Below, piece by piece: positions 49,342 through 60,949 of a stretch of 64,000 bases of DNA. A program made the position numbers and the translations under genes. The notes beneath the pieces are model-generated. The model was not told the DNA's origin, did no database searches, and saw only the letters and a program-made list of their open reading frames with translations. This DNA is from a bacterium (lineage in GTDB: Bacteria > UBA8248): positions 1,120,001 to 1,184,000 of the forward strand of contig CBDATS010000004.1 in assembly GCA_965200245.1 (NCBI GenBank). The letters run 5' to 3'. Position 1 is the first letter of the stretch, and the number at the start of each line of letters is the position of its first letter.

Positions 49342-50655
49342 TTATTCGTTCAGGGGAAGCGGCCTGTGGAGGAATGTTCGCGCGTCTGCCCCCTCGTAGT
49401 CCGAAACCAGGTGACCGTTCCCTTCGAGCTGGTACTTGTACGTCACCAGACCTTCGAGACCCACCGGGCCTCGGGCGTGAATCTTGTCGGTGGCGATCCC
49501 TACCTCGGCGCCGAAACCATAGCGAAAACCGTCCGCCAGGCGTGTGGACGCGTTCCACATGACGCTTGCGGCATCGACTCTGGAAAGAAAGGTCCGCGCC
49601 GCCGACTCATCGGAGGTGACGATGGCGTCGGTGTGACGCGAGCCGTAGCGGTTGATGTGATCGACAGCCTCGGCGAGTGATTCCACTACCCGGACGGAGA
49701 GGATGAGATCGAGATATTCCGTTTTCCAGTCCTCTTCCGAAGCAGGGCCCGCACCCGCCAGAATTGCCCGTGTGGCATCGCAGCCCCGGATGGCGACTCC
49801 TTTTTCCGCCAGCACCCCGGCCGCACGGGGAAGGAATTCGTCCGCTTTCCTCTCGTGCACCAAGAGAGTCTCTATTGCGTTACAGACGGCGGGATACTGC
49901 GTCTTGGCGTCGAACGCAATACGCACGGCCATATCGATGTCCGCCGCCTCGTCCACGTAGAGATGACAGATGCCGTCCGCGTGGCCGAGCACTGGAATAT
50001 TCGAGTGCTCCTTGATATGGCGGACGAATTCGTTGCTCCCGCGCGGTATGAGCAGATCGATCGCATCGTCGCGGGACAGAAGCGCCTGCACATCCTCTCG
50101 CGCCTCGACGAGTTGGAGCGCATCGCCTGGAATCTCTCCCGCCGATGAAGCGGCGGCCCTCAGCAGTCCTGATACGAGGCGGTTCGTGCGCGCGGCCTCG
50201 CGGCCACCCTTCAGGATGGCGGCGTTGCCCGATTTCAGGCAAAGCGAGGCAATCTGTACGAGCGCGTCGGGGCGGGATTCGAAAACGGCGGCGATGACAC
50301 CCAGAGGACATGTGACTCGCCTGAGGGTCAACTCCTCGTCGAGCAGTGTAGCCATGCGCGCCACGCCCAGAGGATCGGGCAAGGCGGCCACCGCGCGCAC
50401 ACCCTCGGCCATCTGCGCGATTTTGCGCTCGCTGAGTTCCAGACGCCTGACCAAGGGCTCGGACATCTCCCCGCTCGCGACGAGCAGTTCCGCCGCCGCC
50501 ACGTCTTCCGCATTCGCTTCGAGAATTGTTCCTGAGTTTTCGTCAATCGCGTCCGCCATGGCGGCCAGGGCGCGATTCCGCGCCTCGTTCGAAAGAGGGG
50601 CAAGCGCAAGGGCCGCGCTTCTCGCCGCAAGGCATATGGCGTCGATGTCGCTCAA
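49342..50655 (-). CDS. proA: Gamma-glutamyl phosphate reductase
   Basis: PLGVI..VFESRP, KSGNA.ILKGG.EA, PRGS, CNA.ET, GAEVGI.T.K.HARGPVG. Confidence 0.96.
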   Translation of the reverse strand: MSDIDAICLAARSAALALAPLSNEARNRALAAMADAIDENSGTILEANAEDVAAAELLVASGEMSEPLVRRLELSERKIAQMAEGVRAVAALPDPLGVARMATLLDEELTLRRVTCPLGVIAAVFESRPDALVQIASLCLKSGNAAILKGGREAARTNRLVSGLLRAAASSAGEIPGDALQLVEAREDVQALLSRDDAIDLLIPRGSNEFVRHIKEHSNIPVLGHADGICHLYVDEAADIDMAVRIAFDAKTQYPAVCNAIETLLVHERKADEFLPRAAGVLAEKGVAIRGCDATRAILAGAGPASEEDWKTEYLDLILSVRVVESLAEAVDHINRYGSRHTDAIVTSDESAARTFLSRVDAASVMWNASTRLADGFRYGFGAEVGIATDKIHARGPVGLEGLVTYKYQLEGNGHLVSDYEGADARTFLHRPLPLNE

Positions 50656-50728
50656 AACGAGTCTCCCTTTTCCCTTCTGAAAACCAGCGGTGGATTATAG
50701 GCCGGAGCGAAGTGACCGGCAAACCGAT

Positions 50729-51625
50729 TCACTCATTTTTCCTCTTCCAGTCTTTGTGGCATCGCTCGACGTACTCGACGATAACGGGCGCGACCGCAGG
50801 GCCCCCTGCGCGTTCCACGCCCTCGAAACCGGGAGCCGCGTTCACTTCCAGAACCAGAGGGCCCCTTTGTGTCTCCAGCAAATCCACGCCTGCGATTTCA
50901 AGACCACACAGCCTGGCAGCACTTATCGCGAGTCCTGCGGCTCTTTTGGTGGGGGTGGTTTTCTTCACGATACCTCCTTGATGCAGGTTTGTGCGAAACC
51001 CATCTCCAGAGGCACGTCTCCTGACGGCGGCGGCGACCTCACCGCCTACGACGATGATTCGCAAATCCCCCTGCCTGGCGTCTTCCACATATTCCTGGAC
51101 GATGGCATCGCGCTGCAGGTTCCACATCACGTCCGAGATGGCCTGGGCCTCTTCGGCGTCGTGGGCGCGCATGACACCCTTGCCCTGCGTGCCGCGAGGC
51201 AGCTTCATGACGACGGGCGCACCGCCCACGCTCTCAAGTGCCGCCCGCAGATACGCCGGATCGGGTGCGAATGCCGTCTTCGGCACGGGCAGGCCGTTTC
51301 GCGCCAGAAGCTGAAGTGTACGCAGCTTGTCGCGCGCCGTTTCTATTGCTCGTGTACCATTGATGACCAGTGCGCCTGTGGCTTCCAGGTGACGGATAAG
51401 AGCCAGAGAATGTTCGGATATGTTCGCTCCCAGGCGCGGTAGAAATACGTCCGCCCCCGAAAAGGGTTTTCCCCAAAATTCGAGGGACATCTCTCCCGTA
51501 CTCAGCTTGAGCAAAAAGCGGTATGGGTCCAGCACACGCACGCGGTGTTTCCTGCGCCTCGCGTACTCTGCAATTCTCCGCACGCCGTGCAGCGTCCTGT
51601 CGCGACACAGGATTCCGATCCTCAC
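50729..51625 (-). CDS. rimK: RimK family alpha-L-glutamate ligase (ATP-grasp)
   Basis: GTG start after AAGGAG; ARDKLR.LQ.L, GTQG.GV, QEY, D.R..V.G, FRTNLH.GG, GVDL, LEVN..PG.EG. Confidence 0.85.
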   Translation of the reverse strand: MRIGILCRDRTLHGVRRIAEYARRRKHRVRVLDPYRFLLKLSTGEMSLEFWGKPFSGADVFLPRLGANISEHSLALIRHLEATGALVINGTRAIETARDKLRTLQLLARNGLPVPKTAFAPDPAYLRAALESVGGAPVVMKLPRGTQGKGVMRAHDAEEAQAISDVMWNLQRDAIVQEYVEDARQGDLRIIVVGGEVAAAVRRRASGDGFRTNLHQGGIVKKTTPTKRAAGLAISAARLCGLEIAGVDLLETQRGPLVLEVNAAPGFEGVERAGGPAVAPVIVEYVERCHKDWKRKNE

Positions 51626-51950
51626 ACCTCTCTCCTTACACAGAACATGAACGAGGCGAAATTCTACCATCCGTACGGTGGCTTCGGAATGACTCGAAAG
51701 GTTTGCAGTGGGGATTCCCCTCCCGGCGGCTCCTTGCCGGACAGCGTGAGCCGCCAGGGGGGAGGTATGTGGGGCGCAGCCCAATGGTTGGGCCACGGCA
51801 GGATTTTCTATGCGGCTCCCTGGAGAGCCTCTTTTCGGCTTCGTCAATCCCTGCATCAGCAGGACGTGGACATTTACTCCCTTCCCTGAGACGCGGCGCG
51901 ATGTTTGCGAACCCGAACCGCAGTGCCCGGGAAACTACCATTTGAATTTA

Positions 51951-51967
51951 AGCAAAATGCGTGCCAA
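51951..51967 (-). promoter_or_regulatory. Sigma54 (-24/-12) promoter facing rimK
   Basis: Minus strand TTGGCACGCATTTTGCT matches TGGCAC-N5-TTGC. Confidence 0.75.
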
Positions 51968-52563
51968 ATCCAGAAATTTCCAGGAAACATCTAACTTACA
52001 AGGGTTTATCGCAGGACACCGCTTGCAGAGGCGATACAAAACGTGACACATGGATACGATATATCGTTATTATACGATTTTTCACATATTTCATCTTGCT
52101 TCAAGCCTATGGAAACAGAAAACCGTTGTGAACAGCGACTGTGGGGCGGAGGCATTCGCACGGAAGGTCCAACCCCGGTGCGGTTCGAGACATCCGGGAC
52201 AGGAGGCGAGCCTTGCGCAATTCGCCAACACAAGAAAAAACGGCAGATTGGGGAGGTCGCAGACAGGAATCTTCGCCGTGAGGGTCATCTCCGGAAATGC
52301 CACCTCTTGGATCCTTTTCCCGTGCCACCGGTTTCAGTCAGAAACTACCTGCCCATACAGGAAAAGCGCCTGCCAAAACAGAAAAAACGAGGCAACCCCA
52401 TGAATTCAGGGATACATATAGGGATTGGCCTCTGAAAATACGAACGGGAGAGACCAAAAATGACGATTTTTCATAGTCATGACGCCCGGCGTTGACATTT
52501 TGTCCTGTTTACCCAAAACGGCGAAGGAGAAATTGCTCTCCTGAACTTGCCCAAACGCCTCTT

Positions 52564-53235
52564 TCAGGATCTGAAGGTCCGTTCTCCGTCCTTCAGGCGG
52601 TTGAAGAAATATCCCGCGCAAAGACCCAGAACCACCCAAAAGGCAACGGAAGAAGCGAGCGCGGTGAAGATGAAGTTCCTGAGCAGCGCCTGGGGAACCG
52701 GCCCCCCGGTAGACTCCGGGTGCGGGACGCCGATTGCGTGCGGCAAGACAATCAGGACGACCCCCAGTCCCTTGAAGGCCGCACCCTGCTTGAATGCGAG
52801 AAGGACGAGGCCCGCCGCCGTGACCACGACGGTAACAACCCACCAAAGCTGCCTGTGTGGCAAGGGGGCCGCCTCAACGCCGGGGAGTTCCGGCGGCAGA
52901 CCCAACGAGGGCGCGAGCGAGAAGACGATGAATCCGCCCAGTCCCCAAAGGATTCCCCGCCGCCAGTCCACCTTTCCATGAAGGGCGAAGCAGCCGACGA
53001 GCAAGAGCGCGAAACCCACTGCAGAGACGATGTTCGAGACCAGGGTGAGCGCCAGGCGCGAAGTATCCCCCTCCCCGTCCGTGTCATCTTCATGTGTTTT
53101 GGGGAGGGGAGTTCGCTGCTCGTATCTTTCGGCCTCGTATATCAGGGGGATAAGATGTACCGACTGCACCGCGGTGGCGAAAAGCCCCGCAATGACTCCC
53201 GATATGACAGCCGAGAAAAAGATTCTCTGGAACAT
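52564..53235 (-). CDS. cbtA: CbtA family putative cobalt transporter
   Basis: PLI..AE.YE, G.LWGL.GF, PSLGLPPELPG, RQLWW, PH.IG.P. Confidence 0.85.
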   Translation of the reverse strand: MFQRIFFSAVISGVIAGLFATAVQSVHLIPLIYEAERYEQRTPLPKTHEDDTDGEGDTSRLALTLVSNIVSAVGFALLLVGCFALHGKVDWRRGILWGLGGFIVFSLAPSLGLPPELPGVEAAPLPHRQLWWVVTVVVTAAGLVLLAFKQGAAFKGLGVVLIVLPHAIGVPHPESTGGPVPQALLRNFIFTALASSVAFWVVLGLCAGYFFNRLKDGERTFRS

Positions 53236-53258
53236 CGCAGGTGCCCGGACCTCGCCCG

Positions 53259-53642
53259 CTACTTCATCTCCATGAGTTCGACAACGACGCCATCAGGACC
53301 TTCCACGTAGGCGAAGTAGAGTTCATCTGCCTCGCCCTCGGCGATAACATTCCCGCCCCTGGATCGAACCTCGGCAACCGCATCGGCGAGTTTGCCTTCC
53401 ACGCAGAATGCGTAGTGATCGATACTGTAGCGTGGCCAGCCACCCGGCCCCGGAGCGAGTTCCTCCCCGTCGCGCTTGCCGCGAATGATGATGCTCACCC
53501 CGTGCACATCAAGGTAGACCTGCGGCGCCCCGCCGCGATCGATGCGGTTCGTCTCGCTCGCTCCGAACACGTCCGCATAGAAGGAAACCGCCTCGTCCAC
53601 GTCGGTGTGAACGCAATGGATGTGATCGTACGTCAACTTCAT
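53259..53642 (-). CDS. VOC/glyoxalase family protein
   Basis: DHIH...D...A..FY.DVFG, DHYAF.V, GPDG..VE. Confidence 0.85.
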   Translation of the reverse strand: MKLTYDHIHCVHTDVDEAVSFYADVFGASETNRIDRGGAPQVYLDVHGVSIIIRGKRDGEELAPGPGGWPRYSIDHYAFCVEGKLADAVAEVRSRGGNVIAEGEADELYFAYVEGPDGVVVELMEMK

Positions 53643-53691
53643 CGCTTTCTCCTGTCGAGTATGGATTGAAAAATCCGTTTGGCCATTTGCC

Positions 53692-54129
53692 TCAAGCTGC
53701 CGGGTCCACCCAGTTGAGTTCGAGCAGGTTGCCGTCGGGATCCTTGAAGAATACCGTCTTTCTCTCAGGCACGCGGGACAAAATGTCAGACAGCAGTTCC
53801 ACACCCGCATCGCGCAGGTGTGCGACGGCCGCCTCCATGTCCTTCACCCAGAAGGTGAGATATCGAAACCCGGCCGCCGAATCCGCGAGCGCGTCAACGG
53901 AGCCAGGCGCATAGGCGAATTCAAGTAACTTGATGAGAACCTCGCCCGATTTCAGGGCGTGGAGCTTCACGCCGTCGGTGGCGAAGCCCGCCGCGCGCAC
54001 GAAATCGGCCGGCACCTCGATGACCGCCGCCTCCTCGAGCCTCAGCACCTCGGTGTAGAATTTCTTCATTGCGGCGATATTTCTCGTCGCAAGCCCCACG
54101 TCCACGCCGCCGCGCGTAGTCTCGAACAT
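53692..54129 (-). CDS. VOC/glyoxalase family protein
   Basis: FY.EVL.L, LTFWV.D, FFKDPDGNLLEL; GAGGAGG RBS. Confidence 0.85.
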   Translation of the reverse strand: MFETTRGGVDVGLATRNIAAMKKFYTEVLRLEEAAVIEVPADFVRAAGFATDGVKLHALKSGEVLIKLLEFAYAPGSVDALADSAAGFRYLTFWVKDMEAAVAHLRDAGVELLSDILSRVPERKTVFFKDPDGNLLELNWVDPAA

Positions 54130-54334
54130 TTCTGCCTCCTCACGGGCGCAAGCCGAAAAGGAACCGGCACCTTCAAACGGATTGCGCGAAAAGAGCAATG
54201 AAGATACATTATTTTCCCATAAAGAGTAAATCTGCCGGAAAGCCTGCGCCGTTTGAGCATGAACAGACCCCTGAGCGGTTTCGTACAGCGACGGGGGTTC
54301 AGGAACCGACGGTGCCAGGAGAACGGAACCAGGT

Positions 54335-54811
54335 ATGCGCAAGGCCGATCTGATAACGGGCGTCGCCTTTCTCGTGTTCACTATCGTCGCATTCGCGTAC
54401 CTCATTCCGTATCAAATCGTCTCCTCCATCCCCATCGACGAATCGACACCCGCCGTGTTGCGGCCCGAGTTCTTTCCGCAGCTCACCATGGTGCTCTTCG
54501 CCGTGACCTGCGTACTGATGATGGGCGCCGCGCTCAAGAACTTCTCGAACAAGAGGTTATGGGACGACGCGAAAGGTTCACTCACCCGGGTGTTTTCCGT
54601 CCTCGCCCTCACGTTCCTGTACGTACAGGCGCTTGAACTCTTCGGATTCTCCTATACCTCGCCCATTTTCATGGCCGTCATCATCTGCATGCTCGGAATC
54701 AGGAACTGGCGACTGATCGTCTCGACCGCCATCTTCTTCCCGTTGTTCCTGACGTATTTCTTCTGGCACAGCTTCCAGGTCGTCCTGCCAGAGGGGAGCC
54801 TGTTCCCTTGA
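54335..54811 (+). CDS. tctB: Tripartite tricarboxylate transporter small subunit
   Basis: P..FP motif, four TM segments, F.V.LP.G terminus; directly upstream of tctA. Confidence 0.82.
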   Translation: MRKADLITGVAFLVFTIVAFAYLIPYQIVSSIPIDESTPAVLRPEFFPQLTMVLFAVTCVLMMGAALKNFSNKRLWDDAKGSLTRVFSVLALTFLYVQALELFGFSYTSPIFMAVIICMLGIRNWRLIVSTAIFFPLFLTYFFWHSFQVVLPEGSLFP

Positions 54812-56304
54812 TCGAACAAATCATCGAGGGCATCTCGATCGCGCTCACATTCGAGGCGCTGGGCATGGTGGCGATCGGCGTTTTCGCGGGCATTACCGTG
54901 GGAGCGATTCCCGGCCTCACCGGCGTGATGGCGACTGCGATTCTCGTGCCATTTTCCTTTTTCATGGCGCCCACGCTGGGCATCCCCTTCCTTCTGGGCG
55001 TTCACAAGGGCGCGCTCTTCGGCGGTTCGATTCCGGCGATCCTGGTGAACACGCCCGGTACGCCGCCCGCGGCGGCCACCTGTCTCGACGGATATCCGCT
55101 CGCCCGGAAGGGCGAGGCGAAAAGCGCGATCCAGATGGCACTCTACTCCTCCACCCTGGGCGATACGTTCAGCGACATCGCGCTCATCGTCGCGGCCATC
55201 CCGCTCGCAGCGCTGGCGCTCAAGTTCGGACCGGCGGATTTCTTCGGCCTGCTCGTCATGGGCCTCACCGTTATATCGAGCGTCACGGGCGCATCCGTTT
55301 CCAAGGGCATCCTCTCCGCCCTCATCGGGTTGATGTTCGGCCTGGTGGGGCTCGATGCCATCTCCGGAGCGGAACGTTTTACCTTCAGCCTGCCCACGCT
55401 CGAGGGCGGCATTGGTCTCGTTCCCCTGCTCATCGGCCTGTTCGCGGTGAGCGAGGTACTCATCCAGGTAGAGAAGAAGATATCGCAACTCGCCGAAAAA
55501 CCACCGACCTCACACCTAAGGGGCGGACGATCACTCAGGTTCGGGGAATTCACCGCCTCCGGCAGGACAATCTTCCGCTCTTCCATCATCGGCACCATCG
55601 TTGGCGCGATTCCGGGGACGGGCTCTTCCATCGCCACCTTTATCGGCTACGGCGCGGCGAAGCGGGCTTCGAAAAAACCCGAGGAATTCGGCCACGGCAG
55701 CTACGAGGGCGTGGCGGCGGCAGAGGCGGCCAACAGCGCCGTGGCGGGTGCGGACCTGATTCCCACTCTCACGCTGGGCATCCCCGGCGGCGGGACGGCA
55801 GCCATTTTGATGGGGGCGTTCATCGCGCAGGGACTTCGGCCGGGACCCTCGCTGTTCGAGGAAAACGCCACCACGATGTACGCCATATTCGCCCTGCTCC
55901 TGATCGGGAACCCGATCATGCTCATCCAGGGCTGGCTGCTCACGGGCATATTCGCCTGGGTGGTCACCATCCGGCAGTCGCTGCTGCTGCCCTGCATCAT
56001 CATGTTTTGCGTAGTGGGGGGCTACATCTTCCAGAACAACCTGGGCGACGTGGAACTATCCCTCATCGCGGGTGTGTTCGGCTATCTTCTCAGGAAGATG
56101 AACTACCCGCTTGCGCCGCTGGTCATCGCCTACATCATCACGCCGATGGCGGAGCGTTCCTTCAAACAGGCCCTCTTGCTCTCGCAAGGCGATTACTCTG
56201 TGTTCTTCACGCGTCCGATTTCGCTGTTCTTCATGGTTTTGGCTGCACTGATTCTTTTCATGAGCATCTGGAAGCGGCCCTGGGCGACGCCCGGGGGTGA
56301 ATAG
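54808..56304 (+). CDS. tctA: Tripartite tricarboxylate transporter large permease
   Basis: GAIPGL, GGSIPAIL.NTPGTP, DGYP, AAEAAN, P.LTLGIPG. Confidence 0.93.
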   Translation: MIEQIIEGISIALTFEALGMVAIGVFAGITVGAIPGLTGVMATAILVPFSFFMAPTLGIPFLLGVHKGALFGGSIPAILVNTPGTPPAAATCLDGYPLARKGEAKSAIQMALYSSTLGDTFSDIALIVAAIPLAALALKFGPADFFGLLVMGLTVISSVTGASVSKGILSALIGLMFGLVGLDAISGAERFTFSLPTLEGGIGLVPLLIGLFAVSEVLIQVEKKISQLAEKPPTSHLRGGRSLRFGEFTASGRTIFRSSIIGTIVGAIPGTGSSIATFIGYGAAKRASKKPEEFGHGSYEGVAAAEAANSAVAGADLIPTLTLGIPGGGTAAILMGAFIAQGLRPGPSLFEENATTMYAIFALLLIGNPIMLIQGWLLTGIFAWVVTIRQSLLLPCIIMFCVVGGYIFQNNLGDVELSLIAGVFGYLLRKMNYPLAPLVIAYIITPMAERSFKQALLLSQGDYSVFFTRPISLFFMVLAALILFMSIWKRPWATPGGE

Positions 56305-56330
56305 ATGCCTACCCCAAAAGGAGACCGGAC

Positions 56331-57326
56331 ATGAAAATCACGAAGATGCTCCCGGCAGGACTCGCGCTTGCGCTCGCACTCGCACTCGTTTTCCTGACGT
56401 GCGTGGCGCCTGCCGACGCCGCCAGAAAGTTTCCGTGGAAACCCATCCGCGTCATCGTGGCCCTGGGCGCGGGCGGTTCGCACGACATGAATTCCCGCGC
56501 AGTGGCGAGCGTGGCCAACGATTACTTCGGCCAGCCGATGATCGTGCAACTCATGCCGGGCGGCGGCGGAAAAATCGGGATGACGGCACTGAAGCGCGCG
56601 AAACCCGACGGCCACACCATCATGCTGGCTTCCGCCTCCCATCTCACCATCGGCCCGCACGTGCGCAACATGGGCTATGACCCGCTCAAGGACTTCGTGC
56701 CCATTTTCATGATCAACAAGGCAGACTACATGATGGTCTCCCCGGCATCGAAGCCCTGGAAGAATTTCAAGGAATTCGCCGCGGCGGCCAGGAAAAATCC
56801 CGGGAAGGTGAGCTACGGATCCTCGGGCATCTACGGCACGGGGCATCTGATGATCCTCAAGATCATGGCGGATACGGGCATCAAGCTGAACCACATTCCC
56901 TTCAAGGGCGGTGGCCCCGCCTTCCGCGCCATGCTCGGCGGCCACGTGGACAGTGCGGGCGCGCTTCCGGCCACGGGCGGCACACTGGGACGTTACAGGC
57001 GCGGACAATTGAACATCCTGGGCGTCTGCTCGGAGAAGCGGGTGAAACTGTTTCCAAAGGTTCCGACCATGAAGGAGAACGGTGTGGACTTCCTGCTGGC
57101 GTCGAAGCGCTTCTACATCGGACCGAAGGGAATCCCGCAGGATCGCATCGATTTTCTCGTGGAAGGCTTCAAGAAACTGCTGAAAAACAAGTCCTACCGC
57201 AGACTCATCAGCAAAATGGGCGAGACGCCCACACCGCTTTACGGTGATGCGCTCAAAAAGGACATCGCGGATGAGTATGAACGTTTCGGAAAGATTTTCG
57301 CCAGCATCGGCGTAAAGAAGAAATAA
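56331..57326 (+). CDS. tctC: Tripartite tricarboxylate transporter substrate-binding protein (Bug/TctC)
   Basis: FP.KPI..IV..GAGG..D, PGGGG, PDG.T, PFKGG, VPT.KE.G. Confidence 0.92.
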   Translation: MKITKMLPAGLALALALALVFLTCVAPADAARKFPWKPIRVIVALGAGGSHDMNSRAVASVANDYFGQPMIVQLMPGGGGKIGMTALKRAKPDGHTIMLASASHLTIGPHVRNMGYDPLKDFVPIFMINKADYMMVSPASKPWKNFKEFAAAARKNPGKVSYGSSGIYGTGHLMILKIMADTGIKLNHIPFKGGGPAFRAMLGGHVDSAGALPATGGTLGRYRRGQLNILGVCSEKRVKLFPKVPTMKENGVDFLLASKRFYIGPKGIPQDRIDFLVEGFKKLLKNKSYRRLISKMGETPTPLYGDALKKDIADEYERFGKIFASIGVKKK

Positions 57327-57364
57327 GGATTCGCGCAAATACCCGGCGGTTTCACCTTGACGCT

Positions 57365-58096
57365 TCAGGATTCCGCAACCGGCGGCCAGATGCGTTTTCC
57401 CGTGCTCGGCGAGCCGGGGGCATGTACGAGGCTGCCCACCATCTCGCGTGACCACGCTTCACTCTCCAGTTCCTTGTGGAAATAATGCTCGACGGACGTG
57501 TTCAGGTCGAACTCATAGAGCACGGCGTGCTTGGCCCATCCGTAGACAGAGACGAGTTTCCGCATTCCCACGCAACCCTCGAGAGTATTCATGCGGGGGA
57601 AGCGAAGCTGTACATACCATGCGCCCATGCGCTCCTCGTTTTCAAGCGCGTTGCTGTTGAAGCTGCCCATCTGGATTCTGGGACCCGGTGTGATGTCGGG
57701 GCCGCGCTGCGCGATTTCGGGGCCGTTGATCCGTCCTGTCTCCACGAAAACGCACTCGCGAACACCTGCGCGTATCCCCAGCATCTCACGCGTATCCGGC
57801 CCCCGGTCTTCTGCCAACTGCGCAGGTGAGGGATCCAGAAAGGTGTGGACGCTCTCCGCACCGAAGAGCATGAGATACCCGTTTCCGGTCGGAACGGCGG
57901 GATCGTCGGTATGGGTGAGGCGCCTGTTCACGTTTTGTTTCCGCTCCTCGCTCTTGTCGTTGTCGACATGGGCCGCCCACAGATAACCCGTGCGTTCGAG
58001 CATTTCGGGCAGATGTACCTCGTGCAGCCATGCGAGGTATTCTTTCGTACCGTCGGCGGGCAAGTCATACCATGTGGCCCAAATCGCCCTGTCCAT
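57365..58096 (-). CDS. Hypothetical protein with two alpha/beta (EthD/DUF4286-like) halves
   Basis: Internal duplication EY.AW.HEVH.PE / AWY...RFP; AAGGAG RBS. Confidence 0.55.
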   Translation of the reverse strand: MDRAIWATWYDLPADGTKEYLAWLHEVHLPEMLERTGYLWAAHVDNDKSEERKQNVNRRLTHTDDPAVPTGNGYLMLFGAESVHTFLDPSPAQLAEDRGPDTREMLGIRAGVRECVFVETGRINGPEIAQRGPDITPGPRIQMGSFNSNALENEERMGAWYVQLRFPRMNTLEGCVGMRKLVSVYGWAKHAVLYEFDLNTSVEHYFHKELESEAWSREMVGSLVHAPGSPSTGKRIWPPVAES

Positions 58097-58116
58097 CGAA
58101 TTTCTCCTTATACGAT

Positions 58117-59679
<1,563 letters not shown>

Positions 59680-59773
59680 TTTTGATCCTCCTCGTCTCCA
59701 AATGGACAGAAAAGAAGGGTATCATATCCCAAAGGGATTTGAGGCTTTTAATTCGCCAGGAAAAGATCGCGCC

Positions 59774-60937
59774 ATGAAGCCGCTGTCACTCTACGTCCAT
59801 ATACCTTTTTGCATCGCCAAGTGCGGATACTGCGACTTCAACTCCTACGCCCTCGACACCCTGCTGGAAAAAGGCCACGCGGACGAGGACTGGGGGCGTC
59901 GCTACGCGGATTCACTGGTCGAGGAGGCAGCCAGCCGCGTCGAGGAGTACTCCCTACGGGGCAGAAAACTCACGACGATATTCTTCGGAGGCGGCACGCC
60001 CTCACTGTTTCCGGCGGGAGAAACGAGACGCGTTCTGGACTTCATCGCCGCATCGTTCGACCTGTGCACCGATTGCGAGATCACGCTCGAGGCGAACCCG
60101 GGCGCGGCGGAGTGCGAGCGTTTCAGCGCGTTGCGCGAGGCGGGCGTCAACCGCATCAGCATCGGCGTCCAGACATTCGACAACACAGATCTCCAGAAAC
60201 TCGACCGCGTTCACACGGGCGACGACGCCCGAAACGCATTTCGCTCCGCGCGCGAGGCGGGTTTCACCAACGTATCGCTCGACCTCATGTTCGGAATCCC
60301 GTATCAGACGATTGCCATGGCTGAACGAGACATCGAGTGCGCCATCGCCCTCGGCCCCGAACACCTCTCAGCCTACGAACTGACCATCGAGCGGGGCACG
60401 GAGTTTCATGCGCGTCAGGCGCGGGGCAAATTGAGCGGTCTTCCCGATGAGGAGACGGCCCTTCGCATGTGGGAGATCAGGGATTCGGCCCTCGCTGAAG
60501 CCGGCTACGAACGTTATGAAATAAGCAATTTCGCAAAACCCGGTTTCGCGTGCAGGCACAACCTGAACTACTGGAAGAGGGGGGACTACCTGGGAATCGG
60601 CGCAGGCGCGCATTCGCTTCTCGAGGGGGAACGCTTGTGGAACTATGCGAGACCTGACGTCTATGCACGCAATGCGGGAGCCCCCACCGCAGGTTCCGAG
60701 CGCGTGGACGACCCCGAAAAAGTGATTGGCGAGGCCCTGATGCTCGGCCTGCGCATGAGGGAGGGCGTTTCGCTTGATCGAATCGCGCGGGATTGCGGCA
60801 CAGACCCCGAAGATGTGTTCGGGGAGTTGTTCGAGGAACTGGAAAAGGCAGGCCTGGTGGCGAGAGAGAACGGCAGCCTTCGACTTTCGGACAGGGGAAC
60901 GTTGCTGGCGAATCAAGTGTTGGCGAAATTCGTATAA
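59774..60937 (+). CDS. hemW: Radical SAM heme chaperone HemW
   Basis: LYVHIPFCIAKCGYCDFN, GGGTPS, YEISNFA, HNLNYW. Confidence 0.92.
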   Translation: MKPLSLYVHIPFCIAKCGYCDFNSYALDTLLEKGHADEDWGRRYADSLVEEAASRVEEYSLRGRKLTTIFFGGGTPSLFPAGETRRVLDFIAASFDLCTDCEITLEANPGAAECERFSALREAGVNRISIGVQTFDNTDLQKLDRVHTGDDARNAFRSAREAGFTNVSLDLMFGIPYQTIAMAERDIECAIALGPEHLSAYELTIERGTEFHARQARGKLSGLPDEETALRMWEIRDSALAEAGYERYEISNFAKPGFACRHNLNYWKRGDYLGIGAGAHSLLEGERLWNYARPDVYARNAGAPTAGSERVDDPEKVIGEALMLGLRMREGVSLDRIARDCGTDPEDVFGELFEELEKAGLVARENGSLRLSDRGTLLANQVLAKFV

Positions 60938-60949
60938 AGGAGAACACGC

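Noticed and set aside
50729-51625. ATP-grasp as a graspetide (RiPP) synthetase
   Set aside because: The sequence follows canonical RimK, and there is no repeat-core precursor peptide, transporter or protease nearby.
51808-51873. Minus-strand mini-ORF MSTSC*CRD*RSRKEALQGAA, which could be read as a double-Sec peptide
   Set aside because: It is very short, the SD spacing is poor, I found no convincing SECIS, and there is no homology support. Chance is likely.
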